NCBI GenBank assembly: GCA_963422395.1
Contig: OY729431.1
Location: forward strand, 1,280,001 to 1,344,000
DNA from: Vicinamibacteria bacterium
GTDB lineage: Bacteria; Acidobacteriota; Vicinamibacteria; Marinacidobacterales; Marinacidobacteraceae
Direction of reading: 5' to 3'
Length of the DNA: 64,000 nt
Shown here piece after piece: positions 1 to 9,890 of the stretch; position 1 is the stretch's first letter; each line of letters opens with the position of its first letter. The notes under the pieces are model-generated. The model was not told the origin of the DNA and searched no databases. It saw only the letters and a program-made list of their open reading frames with translations. A program made the translations under genes and the position numbers.

Positions 1-1835
1 TGCTCTTGCAGCGGAACTGGATCGGGCGCTCCGAGGGCGCCGAGATCCGCTTTTCCATCCCGGAGCTGGGGGGGGACGGCGAAGTTCCGGTGTTCACCAC
101 CCGGGTGGACACGATCTACGGTGCTACCGCGCTGGTGCTCGCTCCGGAACACCCTGCTGCCCGCGCGCTCGCGGACCGGGCTCCCGAGGTGGCGGAGTTC
201 ATCGCCGTAGCCATGTCGAAGCGGGCCGCAGCGGCTCATCCCGGCGGCGAGGAGACCGGGAAGACCGGGGTGGACACCGGGTTCCGCGCAGTGAACCCCT
301 TTTCCGGAGAGGAGATTCCGGTCTTCGTCGGTGACTATGTGCTCATGGAGTACGGAACCGGCGCGGTGATGGCCGTCCCGGCCCATGACGAACGCGACTA
401 CGAGTTCGCGAAGAAGTACGGGATCCCCATCCGCCCGGTGGTGATCCCGAATGATCCTGAAGCGCCCCGCGCTGAAGACGGCGCATTCTTCGAATACGGC
501 ACGGTGGTGGACTCCGGCTCTTTCAGCGGCCTTCCCACCGAAGAGGCGAAGACGGCGATGGCCGAGCACGCGCGCGCCGGCGGTTACGGCGGGCCGAAGA
601 TCGCCTGGAGGTTCCGCGACTGGGGGATCTCCCGGCAGCGGTATTGGGGCACTCCGATCCCGATGATCCACTGCCGGGATTGCGGCGAGGTTCCGGTCCC
701 CGAAAAGGATCTGCCGGTGGAACTGCCGCGTGATGTCGAGATCACCGGCATGGGAGGGTCGGCGCTCTCGAAGATCGACTCCTGGAACCGGGTGGACTGC
801 CCTGTCTGCGGCGCCGGCGCCCGACGCGAGACGGACACCATGGACACCTTCGTGGATTCGTCCTGGTACTTCTATCGATACCTCGATCCGAGAAACGATC
901 AAGCTCCTTTCGACGCCGAAAAAGCGCGCGCCTGGTTTCCCATCGATCTCTATATCGGAGGGGTGGAGCACGCCATCCTGCACCTGATCTATTGCCGTTT
1001 CTGGACCAGGGTGATGCGAGACCTCGGCCTCGTTGCGAACGACGAACCGGTGGTCCGACAGCTGAGCCAGGGAATGGTCATCAAGGACGGCGCCAAGATG
1101 TCCAAGAGCAAAGGGAATGTCGTGGACCCCGACGCCGTGGTGGAGCGCCACGGAGCCGATGCGATCCGGCTCTATGTGCTGTTCGAATCGCCTCCCGAAA
1201 AGGAGATGGACTGGACCGACGCACGGCTCGCGGGTCCGGCGCGTTACCTCGGACGGCTCGATCGGAGGATCCCGGGGGACGCAGAATGGCTGGCGGGCAC
1301 TTCCTTGCCGACCGGCGAGGAGATTTTCGAGCCGTCCGATCTCGCACTCCGCCGTAAGACCCACCAGACGATCCGGCGGGTGACTCGCGACCTCGAACAG
1401 CGGCTCCACCCGAACACCGCGATCGCCGCCATCATGGAGCTCACCAGCGCGGTTTCCCAGCGCCTGCCCGAGGCGGCGTCCGACGGCTCCAGGCGGGCGG
1501 TCCGTGAGGCGGTGGAGGCGGTGGTGTCCCTGCTGAACCCGATGGCGCCGCATCTGACGGAAGAACTCTGGGAGCGGCTCGGGGGCGAAAGGATGCTGGT
1601 GCACTCGCCCTGGCCGGAGTACGACGAGGAAATCGCCCGCGACGAGCAAGTGCTCGTGGTGCTGCAAGTGAACGGGAAGCTGCGGGGCCGGCTCGAAGCG
1701 CCCGCCGGCCTCGAAGGTGGTGCGCTCGTTGCGCTTGCGCGCGCGAATCCGGGAATCCGCCGCCACCTCGAAGGCCTCACCGTGCGGCGGGTGGTCACGG
1801 TGCCCGACCGGTTGGTCAACTTCGTGGCGAGCTGA
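1..1835 (+). CDS. leuS: Leucine--tRNA ligase, 5'-truncated by the window edge
   Basis: QRNWIGRSEG, editing-domain FTTRVDT and GTGAVMAVPAHD, DWGISRQRYWGTPIP, KMSKS signature, C-terminal VQVNGKLRG. Confidence 0.97.
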   Translation, partial: LLQRNWIGRSEGAEIRFSIPELGGDGEVPVFTTRVDTIYGATALVLAPEHPAARALADRAPEVAEFIAVAMSKRAAAAHPGGEETGKTGVDTGFRAVNPFSGEEIPVFVGDYVLMEYGTGAVMAVPAHDERDYEFAKKYGIPIRPVVIPNDPEAPRAEDGAFFEYGTVVDSGSFSGLPTEEAKTAMAEHARAGGYGGPKIAWRFRDWGISRQRYWGTPIPMIHCRDCGEVPVPEKDLPVELPRDVEITGMGGSALSKIDSWNRVDCPVCGAGARRETDTMDTFVDSSWYFYRYLDPRNDQAPFDAEKARAWFPIDLYIGGVEHAILHLIYCRFWTRVMRDLGLVANDEPVVRQLSQGMVIKDGAKMSKSKGNVVDPDAVVERHGADAIRLYVLFESPPEKEMDWTDARLAGPARYLGRLDRRIPGDAEWLAGTSLPTGEEIFEPSDLALRRKTHQTIRRVTRDLEQRLHPNTAIAAIMELTSAVSQRLPEAASDGSRRAVREAVEAVVSLLNPMAPHLTEELWERLGGERMLVHSPWPEYDEEIARDEQVLVVLQVNGKLRGRLEAPAGLEGGALVALARANPGIRRHLEGLTVRRVVTVPDRLVNFVAS

Positions 1836-1837
1836 CC

Positions 1838-2413
1838 GTGGCGTCCGCTGCGAAATCTCCTCTCCGCGTCACCGGGCTCCTCGTCGGGTCGGCCGGGCCC
1901 ATCCTCGGGCTCCTCGGTCTTGCCGCCGCCCCGCTTGCCGCCGGCTGCGGTTACCGGTTGGCCGGCCTGGGGGCCGGCCTTCCCGATCACATCGAGGTGA
2001 TCGCGATCCTCCCTTTCGAGAACGAGAGTGCCTTTCCCGAGGTCGAGGAGGGCATGACCGAGCAGATCATCGAGGGCTTCAACGAAAGGGGCCGCTACAC
2101 GGTGCAAGAGCACGAGGAAGGGGCCCACGCGGTGATGCGCGGAACGGTGCTGAGCGTGGATTTTTCGCCGGCGCAGCTCGACCCCGCTACTGGCGCGGCT
2201 TCCTCCTACCTCATCATCGTGAGAGCCACCGTGGTGTTCACCGATGTCGTGAACGAGGTCCCGATCTTCGAATCCGACGAGTTCACCCTGCGGGACGAGT
2301 TCTCGATCAGCGAGAATCCGGACGCCGCCTTCGACCGCGAAGGGCTGGCGTTCACCCGCATCGCGAGCGCGTTCGCCGATTCTCTGCTGGTCGCCATTCT
2401 CGAAGGTTTTTAG
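1838..2413 (+). CDS. lptE: LPS-assembly lipoprotein LptE-like
   Basis: Lipobox-like AAGC followed by GY-R-L; conserved leuS-lptE-holA order. Confidence 0.8.
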   Translation: MASAAKSPLRVTGLLVGSAGPILGLLGLAAAPLAAGCGYRLAGLGAGLPDHIEVIAILPFENESAFPEVEEGMTEQIIEGFNERGRYTVQEHEEGAHAVMRGTVLSVDFSPAQLDPATGAASSYLIIVRATVVFTDVVNEVPIFESDEFTLRDEFSISENPDAAFDREGLAFTRIASAFADSLLVAILEGF

Positions 2414-2559
2414 CAGCCTGTGGACGAAATGCCGAGTAGCGAGGGGCTCCCGGTCGAGGACAACCGACCGGGAATCCCTCGCTCTCCGGCGTGTTCGCGG
2501 GGCCTTCCTGGCCCCGCAGGGACCGCTCTCAGGACTCGCGCCACTGCATCCACAGGCTG
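2414..2559. mobile_element. Family A MITE (146 bp), non-autonomous relative of the IS1182-like element
   Basis: Terminal inverted repeats CAGCCTGTGGA...TCCACAGGCTG; flanks TTAG (containing the lptE stop) and TTGA; long internal hairpin. Confidence 0.85.
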
Positions 2560-2645
2560 TTGAGGGGAGCAATGCAGGGCACTCGTTCGGCGGGCAGTCG
2601 AGCACTGCGGGGAGTTGCGGAGGGCGTTCCTCCCCCGGGTGGCTG

Positions 2646-3755
2646 ATGGCCTTTTCGGAAGCTGGCTTCGCCCGGACCTTCGCGGCGCTCCGCCCGATCC
2701 CCGCGGAAGCAGCGGGCGAGAGTCTGCCGGCGCCGGGGACCCCGGGCGTCTATGTGGTCGGGGGAGGAGACAGCTGGCTGCGCCGACGGACCGCGGGGCA
2801 TATCGCCACCTACCATCTGGGGGAAGAGCCGGCGCCCTTCCGGCGACGCCGTCTCGATGGACGGACCGCGACCGGCGATCAGCTGACGAGCACAGCCCGA
2901 ACCGTCGCCTTCCACGGCGGTCCGGTGGTGCTCGCCGAAAGCGCCCTTCGCCTCGCCCAGCCGCCGGCGACCGCGCGCGGGCTCGCCGGGGTCTTCCTCG
3001 AGCTCGTGCGCGACCCCCCGGGACGGGCGGTGATCGTCGTCGAGTGGGAACAGAATCCGGATCGCCGCCGCAAGGACTGGAAGGCGCTCGCCGCCGCTCT
3101 CGCCGCCGCGGTGGAGTCCGGCAAGGCGTTCGTTTTCGACTGCGACGCGCCGGCAGAAACGCAGCTGCCCGGCTGGATTCGCCGGACGGCCCGCGAGCGC
3201 GGCGTCCGGCTGCCGGAGGGCGGGGCGGAACGGCTCGCCGAGCGGTTCGGGCGCGAACTCCGGCAGCAAGTGAACGAGATCGAGAAGCTCGCCGCCTACG
3301 CCGGGGATGGCGACCGCGGCGCCATCACCGTCGAGGACATGGACCGGGTGCTCGGGGGCGGGAGTGCTCGGGATCGGTTCCGCTTCACGAACGCCCTCCA
3401 GGCGGGCCGCACCGAGGCGGCCCTCGAAGCCCTCGACCTCCTTCTTCGCGACGGGGAATCGCCGCAGGCTCTCCTCGCGCTCTTCCACCGGCTCGTGGTT
3501 CAGATCCAGCTGGCCCAGGAACTTCAGGCGAAGGGAGAACCGCTCGCCTCGGCGCTTCGGGTCCCTTCGCGGGTCGCTGCGGATCTGGGCCGCGCCGCCC
3601 GCCGGTTCGATCGCGCCGGACTGCGCTTGCTGCTCCGCCGGATCGCCGAGATGGATCTGCGGCTCAAGACCACCCGTGTCCCGCACCGCGCCGCGCTTTC
3701 CTCGCTGGCCCTGTTGTTGGGGGGAGCCGCGGGGGCCCCGCCCTCCTCCTCATAG
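2646..3755 (+). CDS. holA: DNA polymerase III delta subunit
   Basis: N-terminal VYVVGGGD, WIRRTARERGV, NEIEKLAAY, ITVEDM, C-terminal DLRLKT; synteny. Confidence 0.88.
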   Translation: MAFSEAGFARTFAALRPIPAEAAGESLPAPGTPGVYVVGGGDSWLRRRTAGHIATYHLGEEPAPFRRRRLDGRTATGDQLTSTARTVAFHGGPVVLAESALRLAQPPATARGLAGVFLELVRDPPGRAVIVVEWEQNPDRRRKDWKALAAALAAAVESGKAFVFDCDAPAETQLPGWIRRTARERGVRLPEGGAERLAERFGRELRQQVNEIEKLAAYAGDGDRGAITVEDMDRVLGGGSARDRFRFTNALQAGRTEAALEALDLLLRDGESPQALLALFHRLVVQIQLAQELQAKGEPLASALRVPSRVAADLGRAARRFDRAGLRLLLRRIAEMDLRLKTTRVPHRAALSSLALLLGGAAGAPPSSS

Positions 3756-3789
3756 GAACGCTCGACGCCGCACTGCCGACCCATCGTTC

Positions 3790-4012
3790 CCGAAACAGCG
3801 ACTCGGAATCGAACTCGCTGCCGCCCGAGAGATAACCGCGGCTCCCGTCCGCGGCCCTGAAAAACATCTGTTGCGCCCGAGGCTGCGACTCGGGTGCGTC
3901 GCAGCGGGAGAAAGTGTGAAAGGGGGTCTCTCCCCCGTTAACGAATTGGTGACGCAGAAGCCGAACTCGCTGCCTCCGGCAGCAGTTCGGATTCCCGCCT
4001 CCGGAACGCTCG
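3790..4012 (+). repeat. Family B mosaic palindromic repeat, partial unit
   Basis: aaaaacatctgttgcgcccgag...ctcgggtgcg...gaaagtgtgaaaggggg module shared with 5051-5723; between convergent holA and coiled-coil gene; boundaries approximate. Confidence 0.8.
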
Positions 4013-4014
4013 GC

Positions 4015-4956
4015 TCAGCGTTCGAGCAGCGCCGTGATCAGCCAAGCAGCAATCGGCTTGCCGAAGGCACCGGCGGCCAACAGCAGAGCGCCCGCTGCTC
4101 CCCAGGCGAGCCGGCGGGTCCATGAACTCCGCTCTCGCAGCTCAGCGAGAGAGACCGCCAGGCCACCGATGGCGTCCAGAATGTTCTGGAAATTCTTCGC
4201 TGTCTCTTTCCGGTCGGCCTCACGCGCCGCCGCTACTTCCCTTCGGTCGGCTTCGCGCGCCGCCGCCGACTGCTGGAACTTCTCTTCTGCCTCCTTCCGG
4301 TCGGCTTCGCGCGCCGCCGCTGCCTCCTTCCGGTCGGCTTCGCGCGCCGCCGCTGCCTCCTTCCGGTCGGCCTCGCGCGCCGCCGCTGCTTCCTTCCGGT
4401 CGGCCTCGCGCACCGCCGCTGCTTCCTTCCGGTCGGCTTCGAGAACCGCCACTAACTGTTGGAACTTCTCTTCTGCTTGCTTTCGGTCGGCCTCGCGCAC
4501 CGCTGCTGCTTCCTTCCGGTCGGCCTCGCGCGCCGCCGCTGCTTGCTTTCGGTCGGCCTCGCGCACCGCTGCTGCTTCCTTTCGGTTGGCTTCGCGCGCC
4601 GCCGCTGCTTCCTTCCGGTCGGCTTGCGCCTCCTGTCGGATCTCCCGGATCTCCCCGCGGATCCCGGCCAGCTCCCGCAGCACTGGGGACTGCTCCCCTT
4701 CGAGCCCTTCGGGAACTGCCGGCTCCGGAGGTCGGTCGGCCGCCGCTTCGGCTCCGCTCATCGGCACCCTCTCCGCAGCATGGGAGCGAGTGTAGGGGCG
4801 GGTCGCCGGCTCCGCAACGCTCGCAACACCGCCGCTGGTCAGGCTGCTCGGAACCTCGCTTGCAGCGGTCGCCGTTGCGGTCAGACGGAGTTTCTTGGTT
4901 CGGGCTTTCTTCTTTCGGGGCGGCTTTTCGGGGGTCTTCTTCGGATATGGGGGCAT
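4015..4956 (-). CDS. Membrane-anchored coiled-coil protein with 11-aa tandem repeats (EADRKEAAAAR)
   Basis: AGGAGA RBS before ATG 4956; low-complexity N-terminus, ~12 hendecad repeats, C-terminal hydrophobic segment (LAWGAAGALLLAAG...IAAWLITALL). Confidence 0.75.
   Translation of the reverse strand: MPPYPKKTPEKPPRKKKARTKKLRLTATATAASEVPSSLTSGGVASVAEPATRPYTRSHAAERVPMSGAEAAADRPPEPAVPEGLEGEQSPVLRELAGIRGEIREIRQEAQADRKEAAAAREANRKEAAAVREADRKQAAAAREADRKEAAAVREADRKQAEEKFQQLVAVLEADRKEAAAVREADRKEAAAAREADRKEAAAAREADRKEAAAAREADRKEAEEKFQQSAAAREADRREVAAAREADRKETAKNFQNILDAIGGLAVSLAELRERSSWTRRLAWGAAGALLLAAGAFGKPIAAWLITALLER
4200..4625 (-). repeat. 33-bp coding tandem repeat (~12 copies, two with 21-bp extensions)
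   Basis: Reiterated cttccggtcggc(c/t)tcgcgc(g/a)ccgccgctg on the + strand. Confidence 0.92.
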
Positions 4957-5050
4957 GGGGTTTTCTCCTGTTTTTCGGACGGGGGCGATATGACGCACAC
5001 GCCCCACTCTCATAGACGGAATTCGGATCGATTTCTTCCCACGCCAGTTT

Positions 5051-5723
5051 CGAGCGGTCCGGGAGCGGGGCGTTCCACTCCTCCCACGAGGGTCCGAAAC
5101 GCGACCCGACTTCACGCCTTCCTGAGAGAGCGGCGACCCCCGACCGTGGCCCGAAAAACACTTGTTGCGCCCGAGGCTGTGGCTCGGGCGCGTCGGAGCG
5201 GGGGAAAGTGTGAAAGGGGGTTCACCCCCGTTCACAGGATGGTGGCTTCGAATCGGACTCGCTGCCGCCCCGGTTCAGCTTGGATGCGAATCGGGTGTGG
5301 GGAACTCGTTGTGCGGCAGGAGTGCGATTCGCGGCGCGGAGCGCCGGGCGGTTCGGGAGCGGGGCGTTCCACTCTTCCCACGAAGGTCCGAAACGCGACC
5401 CGACTTCACGCCTTCCTGAGAGAGCCGCGACCCCCGACCGTGGCCCGAAAAACACTTGTTGCGCCCGAGGCTGTGGCTCGGGCGCGTCGGAGCGGGGGAA
5501 AGTGTGAAAGGGGGTTCACCCCCGTTCACAGGATGGTGGCTTCGAATCGGACTCGCTGCCGCCCCGGTTCAGCTTGGACGCGACGGGGTGTGGGGAACTC
5601 GTTGTGCGGCAGGAGTGCGATTCGCGGCGCGGAGCGCCGGGCGGTTCGGGAGCGGGGCGTTCCACTCCTCCCACGAGGGTCCGAAACGCGACCCGACTTC
5701 ACGCCCCGCTCCCGGACCGCTCG
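5051..5723 (+). repeat. Family B array: ~2.3 tandem 294-bp units bounded by a perfect 22-bp inverted repeat
   Basis: cgagcggtccgggagcggggcg (5051-5072) is the reverse complement of 5702-5723; near-identical units offset by 294 bp. Confidence 0.92.
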
Positions 5724-5726
5724 GGG

Positions 5727-8173
5727 TCAGAGGAGGGGTTGCGGTTCTCGGGGGTTTTCGCGGGCCAGCCGCTCGATCTCCGGCCAGGAACGCACCAGCG
5801 CGTCGTAGGCGAACGCCTCCCCCGCTCGACCCCTTCGCTCCGCCGCCGCGTGCAGCCCATACAACAGCTCCCGCACCCCCTCCACCCGTCCCGTCAGCCG
5901 GCCCGCTGCCACCTCCCCCTGCTCCCGCGCCCGCACCAGCTCGTGCGCCACCCGCCACCCCGTCAACCGCCCCTCTCCCTCCGGCGCCCACGCCTCCCCC
6001 CGCTCCCGACTCTCCCCCAGCTCCTCCGGGCGCAACAGCCGCACCCGCCCCCCTCCCGAACGCACGATCCCCGCCTCCACCAGTCCCGAAACACTGGTGT
6101 TCCTCGCTTTCGACAGCGTCTCCGCGTCGTACTCCCCCGTGAGCTCCGAAAGCGTCTCGCCCAGCACCTCGTTGATCTGCGCGAGCGCCTCTCCCACCGC
6201 CACCGGCCTCCCCCCGCTTCCAGCACCCGCGGGGTCCGGGTGAAGATCGCCATCCCCGGCCCGATCGCCGCCTGCGCCAGGTCCACCGGGGCGATGTGCG
6301 CCCGCCGCAGCGGCGCGAGCGCCTCCGGCAGTTCCCGCCGCAGCGCCGCCACGAACTGCCGCCGGGTCGCCGGAGCGGTCCCGGGAGGCCGCCGTCGGCA
6401 GGCCAGCACCACCGAAGACGCCAGCGCGTTCGTCCCCATCCCCACCATCCGGTTCGAGAGCTCGGTGCGCAGCGGCCAGGTGCCGGTGATCGAAAAGCCG
6501 GCGCCGATCACCGCCTCCAGGAAGGTCTCCCAGCCGGTGCGCACCGTCCCTCCCTCCCTCTTCGTCTCCGCCTGCTTGAAGGCGTAGTAGAGGGTGACCG
6601 GGAAGGCTGGGTGCGCCTGTTCCGCGAGGCGTTCCAGGGCGCGCCGCATCCCGCCCAGGAAGAAGGCCTCCGCCCCCGCTCTCCCCCCGTGCCGGTGCGG
6701 TGCGGCCACCAGCTCCTCGTCCTTCGGGGTCGCCAGGGTGGCGAACAGCCCCGGGAACACCGGGCGCAGCGTCCGCCGCAGCCAGACATAGAAGAAGTCC
6801 GACAGGTCGGCGTAGGCCACATTGTCGTAGTAGGGCGGGTCCGTCGAAACGATCCGCTCGCCGCCGCCGGACTGCCCTCCTACCGCGTCCGCCTGCTCTG
6901 CACTCCCGACACCGAAAACCGGGCATCCGCTCCAGTGCCTTGGCCATGTTCTCGAGGCTCACCGCGTAATCGCCGGCTGCTCCGCCGAAGACATTGTTCT
7001 CCGCGTAGTCCCACATCATCGGGATCGCCTGGCGCCCGAAGAGATTGCGAACTTGTGTCTTCGTGACTTCCCAGCGACAGAGGGAGTTGCAGATGTCGGT
7101 CAGGCGGCTCACAGCCAATCCCAGATAGACAGAGACGGCGTCGGCGTAGGCGCGGGGGCCGCTTCCGCCCTCGCGCAGCGGGAGCCCGTCCTCGGCCGCC
7201 CCGGCGGCGAGGGCGTTTTCGCGCACCCGCTCCCGGGCCTCGGCCACCAGGTCCGAAAAGGTGGTCAGCGCCGCCAGCTGCCGCTCCGTGAACAGATCGC
7301 CCCACTCCTTCATGCCATAAGGAACACAGGTCCCACCAGTGAGTCTCGGCGGCACCTCCCCATGCGGTTTCCAGGCCGGGCGGGCCCGCAGCGCTGCCGC
7401 TTCGTGCTCCGGGGTCGGCGGCAGGTACACCCGCTCCCGGTCGCCCGCCGCCACCACCGCCATGAGGCGGGCCCCCAGCCGCCCCGCCTTCCCCTCGGCC
7501 CGAATGTGCTCATAGGGGATCGGCACCCCCGACACCAGACAGCGGAACCCCCGCCGCTTCCCCTCTGAGGTCCCCCGCTTCACCGTTTCCGGCTCGGGCG
7601 GGCTCCCGGTCCGCACCTCGAAGCGGTATTCGCGCCCGGAAACCTCCGGTTCGACCTAGGCCTGTTTCCCCTCCTTCTTCGAGGAGAGGAGGAAGGAGGA
7701 GACGAGGGGGACTTCGACTTCGGCGAAGGCGGGGTTGGGGCTTTTCACCGTACGCGCCCAGAGCCAGGCGATCACCGGCAGCTCCCGACCGCCCTCCGTT
7801 CCCCTCTCCTTTCGCGGTTGCTCCGGCGTAGCGGGCGAGGTCGGGGCGCCCCTGCAGGAGTTCGGGGGAGATGCGGGCTTCGGGGTAGAGGTGTCCGAGG
7901 CGGCGCCGGGCCTCATCGCGCATCCAGGCTCCGTAGAAGCGGACATCGGCGGCGAGGCCGGCGGCGCCGGGGAAGGCACGCGGGGTCGTCGACCAGCTGG
8001 GCGAAGAGGACGGCGCGGGCGGCGGCGAGCGGGCGGCGCGCCCACCAGAGGTGCAGGGTGCTGGGGTGTCCGTGGCGGATGGACTTCTCCCGCGCCGCCG
8101 CTTCGTTGATGGCGTCGAGGGGCAGGGCCACCTCGATCAACTTCCGCCGCCCGCCCGGCGGTCCATCCTTCAC
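5727..8173 (-). pseudogene. Fragmented DUF1156-type adenine DNA methyltransferase
   Basis: [13 protein letters not shown]...[48 protein letters not shown] motif, [12 protein letters not shown]; split over several frames, in-frame TAG at 7656-7658, apparent internal deletion near 7930-7980. Confidence 0.85.
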
Positions 8174-8269
8174 CGCTCGCCCGACTCCCCCACCGGGGGG
8201 CAAGCCTATCGAACCCCGAGCCGGCGAAAACCCTCTTCCGGTGGGCGCAGCCCTCAGACTACCTGGACC

Positions 8270-8434
8270 GGGAGATGAGCGGCGACTCCCGTCCGCGACC
8301 CGAAAGAATATCGGTTACGCCCGAGGCTATGGCTCGGGTGCGGCGCGCCGGGCGGTTCGGGGGCGGGGCGCCCCGCTCACCTTACAAGGAGCGAGAGGCG
8401 ACCCGACTTCACGCCCCGTCCCCGGACCGCTCGG
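8270..8434 (+). repeat. Family B repeat, degenerate, overlapping the rpsT 3' end
   Basis: cgcccgaggctatggctcggg hairpin, cggttcgggggcggggcg, and terminal cgacccgacttcacgccccgtcccggaccgctcgg. Confidence 0.82.
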
Positions 8435-8690
8435 ACCGAAGAACGAGGCGGGAGAGGCGGGATTTGCTGCGGGCGGCGGCGTTCGGGTGGAGGATCCGCC
8501 GGCCCGCCATGCGGTCGAGCAGGGCCAGCGTTTTCGGGAGCTGCTCCCGACTCGCATCGAGATCGTCCGCCGCCACCGCGGCGCGAAGCTGTTTCACGGC
8601 GGTGCGGAGACTGCTCCGGTGATGCCGGTTGCGTAAGCGGCGTTCCTGATTCTGTCGAACGCGCTTCTTCGCGGATTTGCTATGGGCCAT
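8409..8690 (-). CDS. rpsT: 30S ribosomal protein S20
   Basis: MAHSKSAKKRVRQNQERRLRNR...ILHPNAAARSKSRL; GGAGAG RBS. Confidence 0.96.
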   Translation of the reverse strand: MAHSKSAKKRVRQNQERRLRNRHHRSSLRTAVKQLRAAVAADDLDASREQLPKTLALLDRMAGRRILHPNAAARSKSRLSRLVLRSERSGDGA

Positions 8691-8784
8691 CGTCTCTCCG
8701 AATCCGGTCGTTCCGGAAACCATGCTGCGGTGCGCTCGGGAACCCCGCTCACGAGCAAGGCTGCCGGGACAGCGAGAATCCATG

Positions 8785-8793
8785 AGTGTACCA
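8785..8793 (-). promoter_or_regulatory. Putative extended -10 promoter of rpsT
   Basis: TGgTACACT on the - strand ~95 nt upstream of the rpsT ATG. Confidence 0.45.
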
Positions 8794-8820
8794 CCGACCG
8801 CCTCATCGATCGATCTCGGT

Positions 8821-8844
8821 GCTCGCGACTTCATCCACAGGCTG
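8821..8844. mobile_element. Solo family A end
   Basis: gctcgcgacttcatccacaggctg, next to the DUF4097 stop codon; partner end not found. Confidence 0.6.
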
Positions 8845-8845
8845 C

Positions 8846-9817
8846 TCAGCGCTGATGCTTCGCCGGGGTTCCGGCTTCGACCTCCTCGGCGAGGTGGATG
8901 AGCCCACTGAAGGTGTTCACCGAAATCTGCGGCCCTCCCTCGCCGTGGCGGCATTCGAGGCTTCGGGGACCCGTGTGGCTTTCGACTTCGAGATCGTTCC
9001 GGATCGCTCCGGTGTAAGTGGTCGCGTCCACCTCGAAGCCGGGCAGGGATCCGAGCCCGAGAACCACCGGGCCGGAATGGGTCTGGAACTCGTACCACCC
9101 CTCGGAGTGGAAATCGCCGTCGAACTGGATGCCGGCGGTCAGGGTCTTGAACTCGCTCCGGTGGGAAACGACATCGCGCAGCCGCAGTTCGCCGCTCACG
9201 GTTTCCGCCCGCAGATCGTGGCAATCGATTCCGCTGACGGTGAGTGCGCCGCTGATGCTGCGCAGCAAGACGGTCCCTTCGGAGACGGAGACATCGGTGA
9301 TCGTGATGGGCGCCGAGAAGGTTCGGACTTCGATAGAAGCACCGTCCGGGAGCCACACTTCGAGGTCCACCGAGACCGGCGGGATGCGCCGGGGCGCCCG
9401 GATATCGGTGATCGGGGTTTCGCCCTCGCGGCTGCCGGAACTGTTCCGCCGCGGGCGCGGACCGATATGGATGCGGCGGCCGCGCCTCCGCAGATCCAGA
9501 TCGACCCGCTCGAAGATCTGCGCCGCTTCGGCCGCTGGCAGGTCGGCGGTGAGCCGCTTCACCCCCACGATCCGAAGGGTCCGATCCTCACCGGGATCGG
9601 TGCCGTGAACTTCTACATTCCCGGCGAAGTTCATCACGGTGATCATGGTCTCGGCCTCGATCTCGATCGCGTGCTCGACCCGCTCGGTGGCTGGTTGACC
9701 GAAGGTTCGGCCCCCTCCGAGAAGACCCAGGATCACTGCCGGCGCCATGACGCGCGCCGGAGACAGTCGCGGGGAAAACGCGGCGTGCCGTCTCGCCGGT
9801 CTCGATTCGTCCGTCAT
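8846..9817 (-). CDS. DUF4097 family beta-strand repeat protein (putative adhesin-like, exported)
   Basis: Repeated (S/T)xSG-x-hydrophobic units (SISGAL, TVSGEL, THSGPV, TFSGLI); N-terminal hydrophobic stretch. Confidence 0.75.
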   Translation of the reverse strand: MTDESRPARRHAAFSPRLSPARVMAPAVILGLLGGGRTFGQPATERVEHAIEIEAETMITVMNFAGNVEVHGTDPGEDRTLRIVGVKRLTADLPAAEAAQIFERVDLDLRRRGRRIHIGPRPRRNSSGSREGETPITDIRAPRRIPPVSVDLEVWLPDGASIEVRTFSAPITITDVSVSEGTVLLRSISGALTVSGIDCHDLRAETVSGELRLRDVVSHRSEFKTLTAGIQFDGDFHSEGWYEFQTHSGPVVLGLGSLPGFEVDATTYTGAIRNDLEVESHTGPRSLECRHGEGGPQISVNTFSGLIHLAEEVEAGTPAKHQR

Positions 9818-9890
9818 CGGAACACGCTCCTCTGCCGCCGGAACCCGGTTGCCGGGGGGTCTTCCGGAACGGATGCGAATGCGGGCGGGG

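Noticed and set aside
4200-4625. 33-bp repeats as a CRISPR array
   Set aside because: No unique spacers, period is a multiple of 3, in frame within a protein, no cas genes
5320-5410. Family B as a group II intron 3' end (cggttcgggagcgggg...cgacccgac)
   Set aside because: No proper domain V hairpin with catalytic triad; ACCCGAC is not conserved in the 56-kb copies; no RT gene
5162-5808. Recurring ORFs such as MLRPRLWLGRVGAGESVKGG
   Set aside because: Translations of family B DNA; frames and stops differ between copies
5800-6220. Extremely C-rich + strand and Pro-rich ORFs
   Set aside because: Antisense shadow of G-rich codons in the methylase remnant; the same skew appears in the IS
7656-7658. 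In-frame TAG as pyrrolysine or readthrough
   Set aside because: The gene has several other lesions, and TAG is an ordinary stop elsewhere in the window
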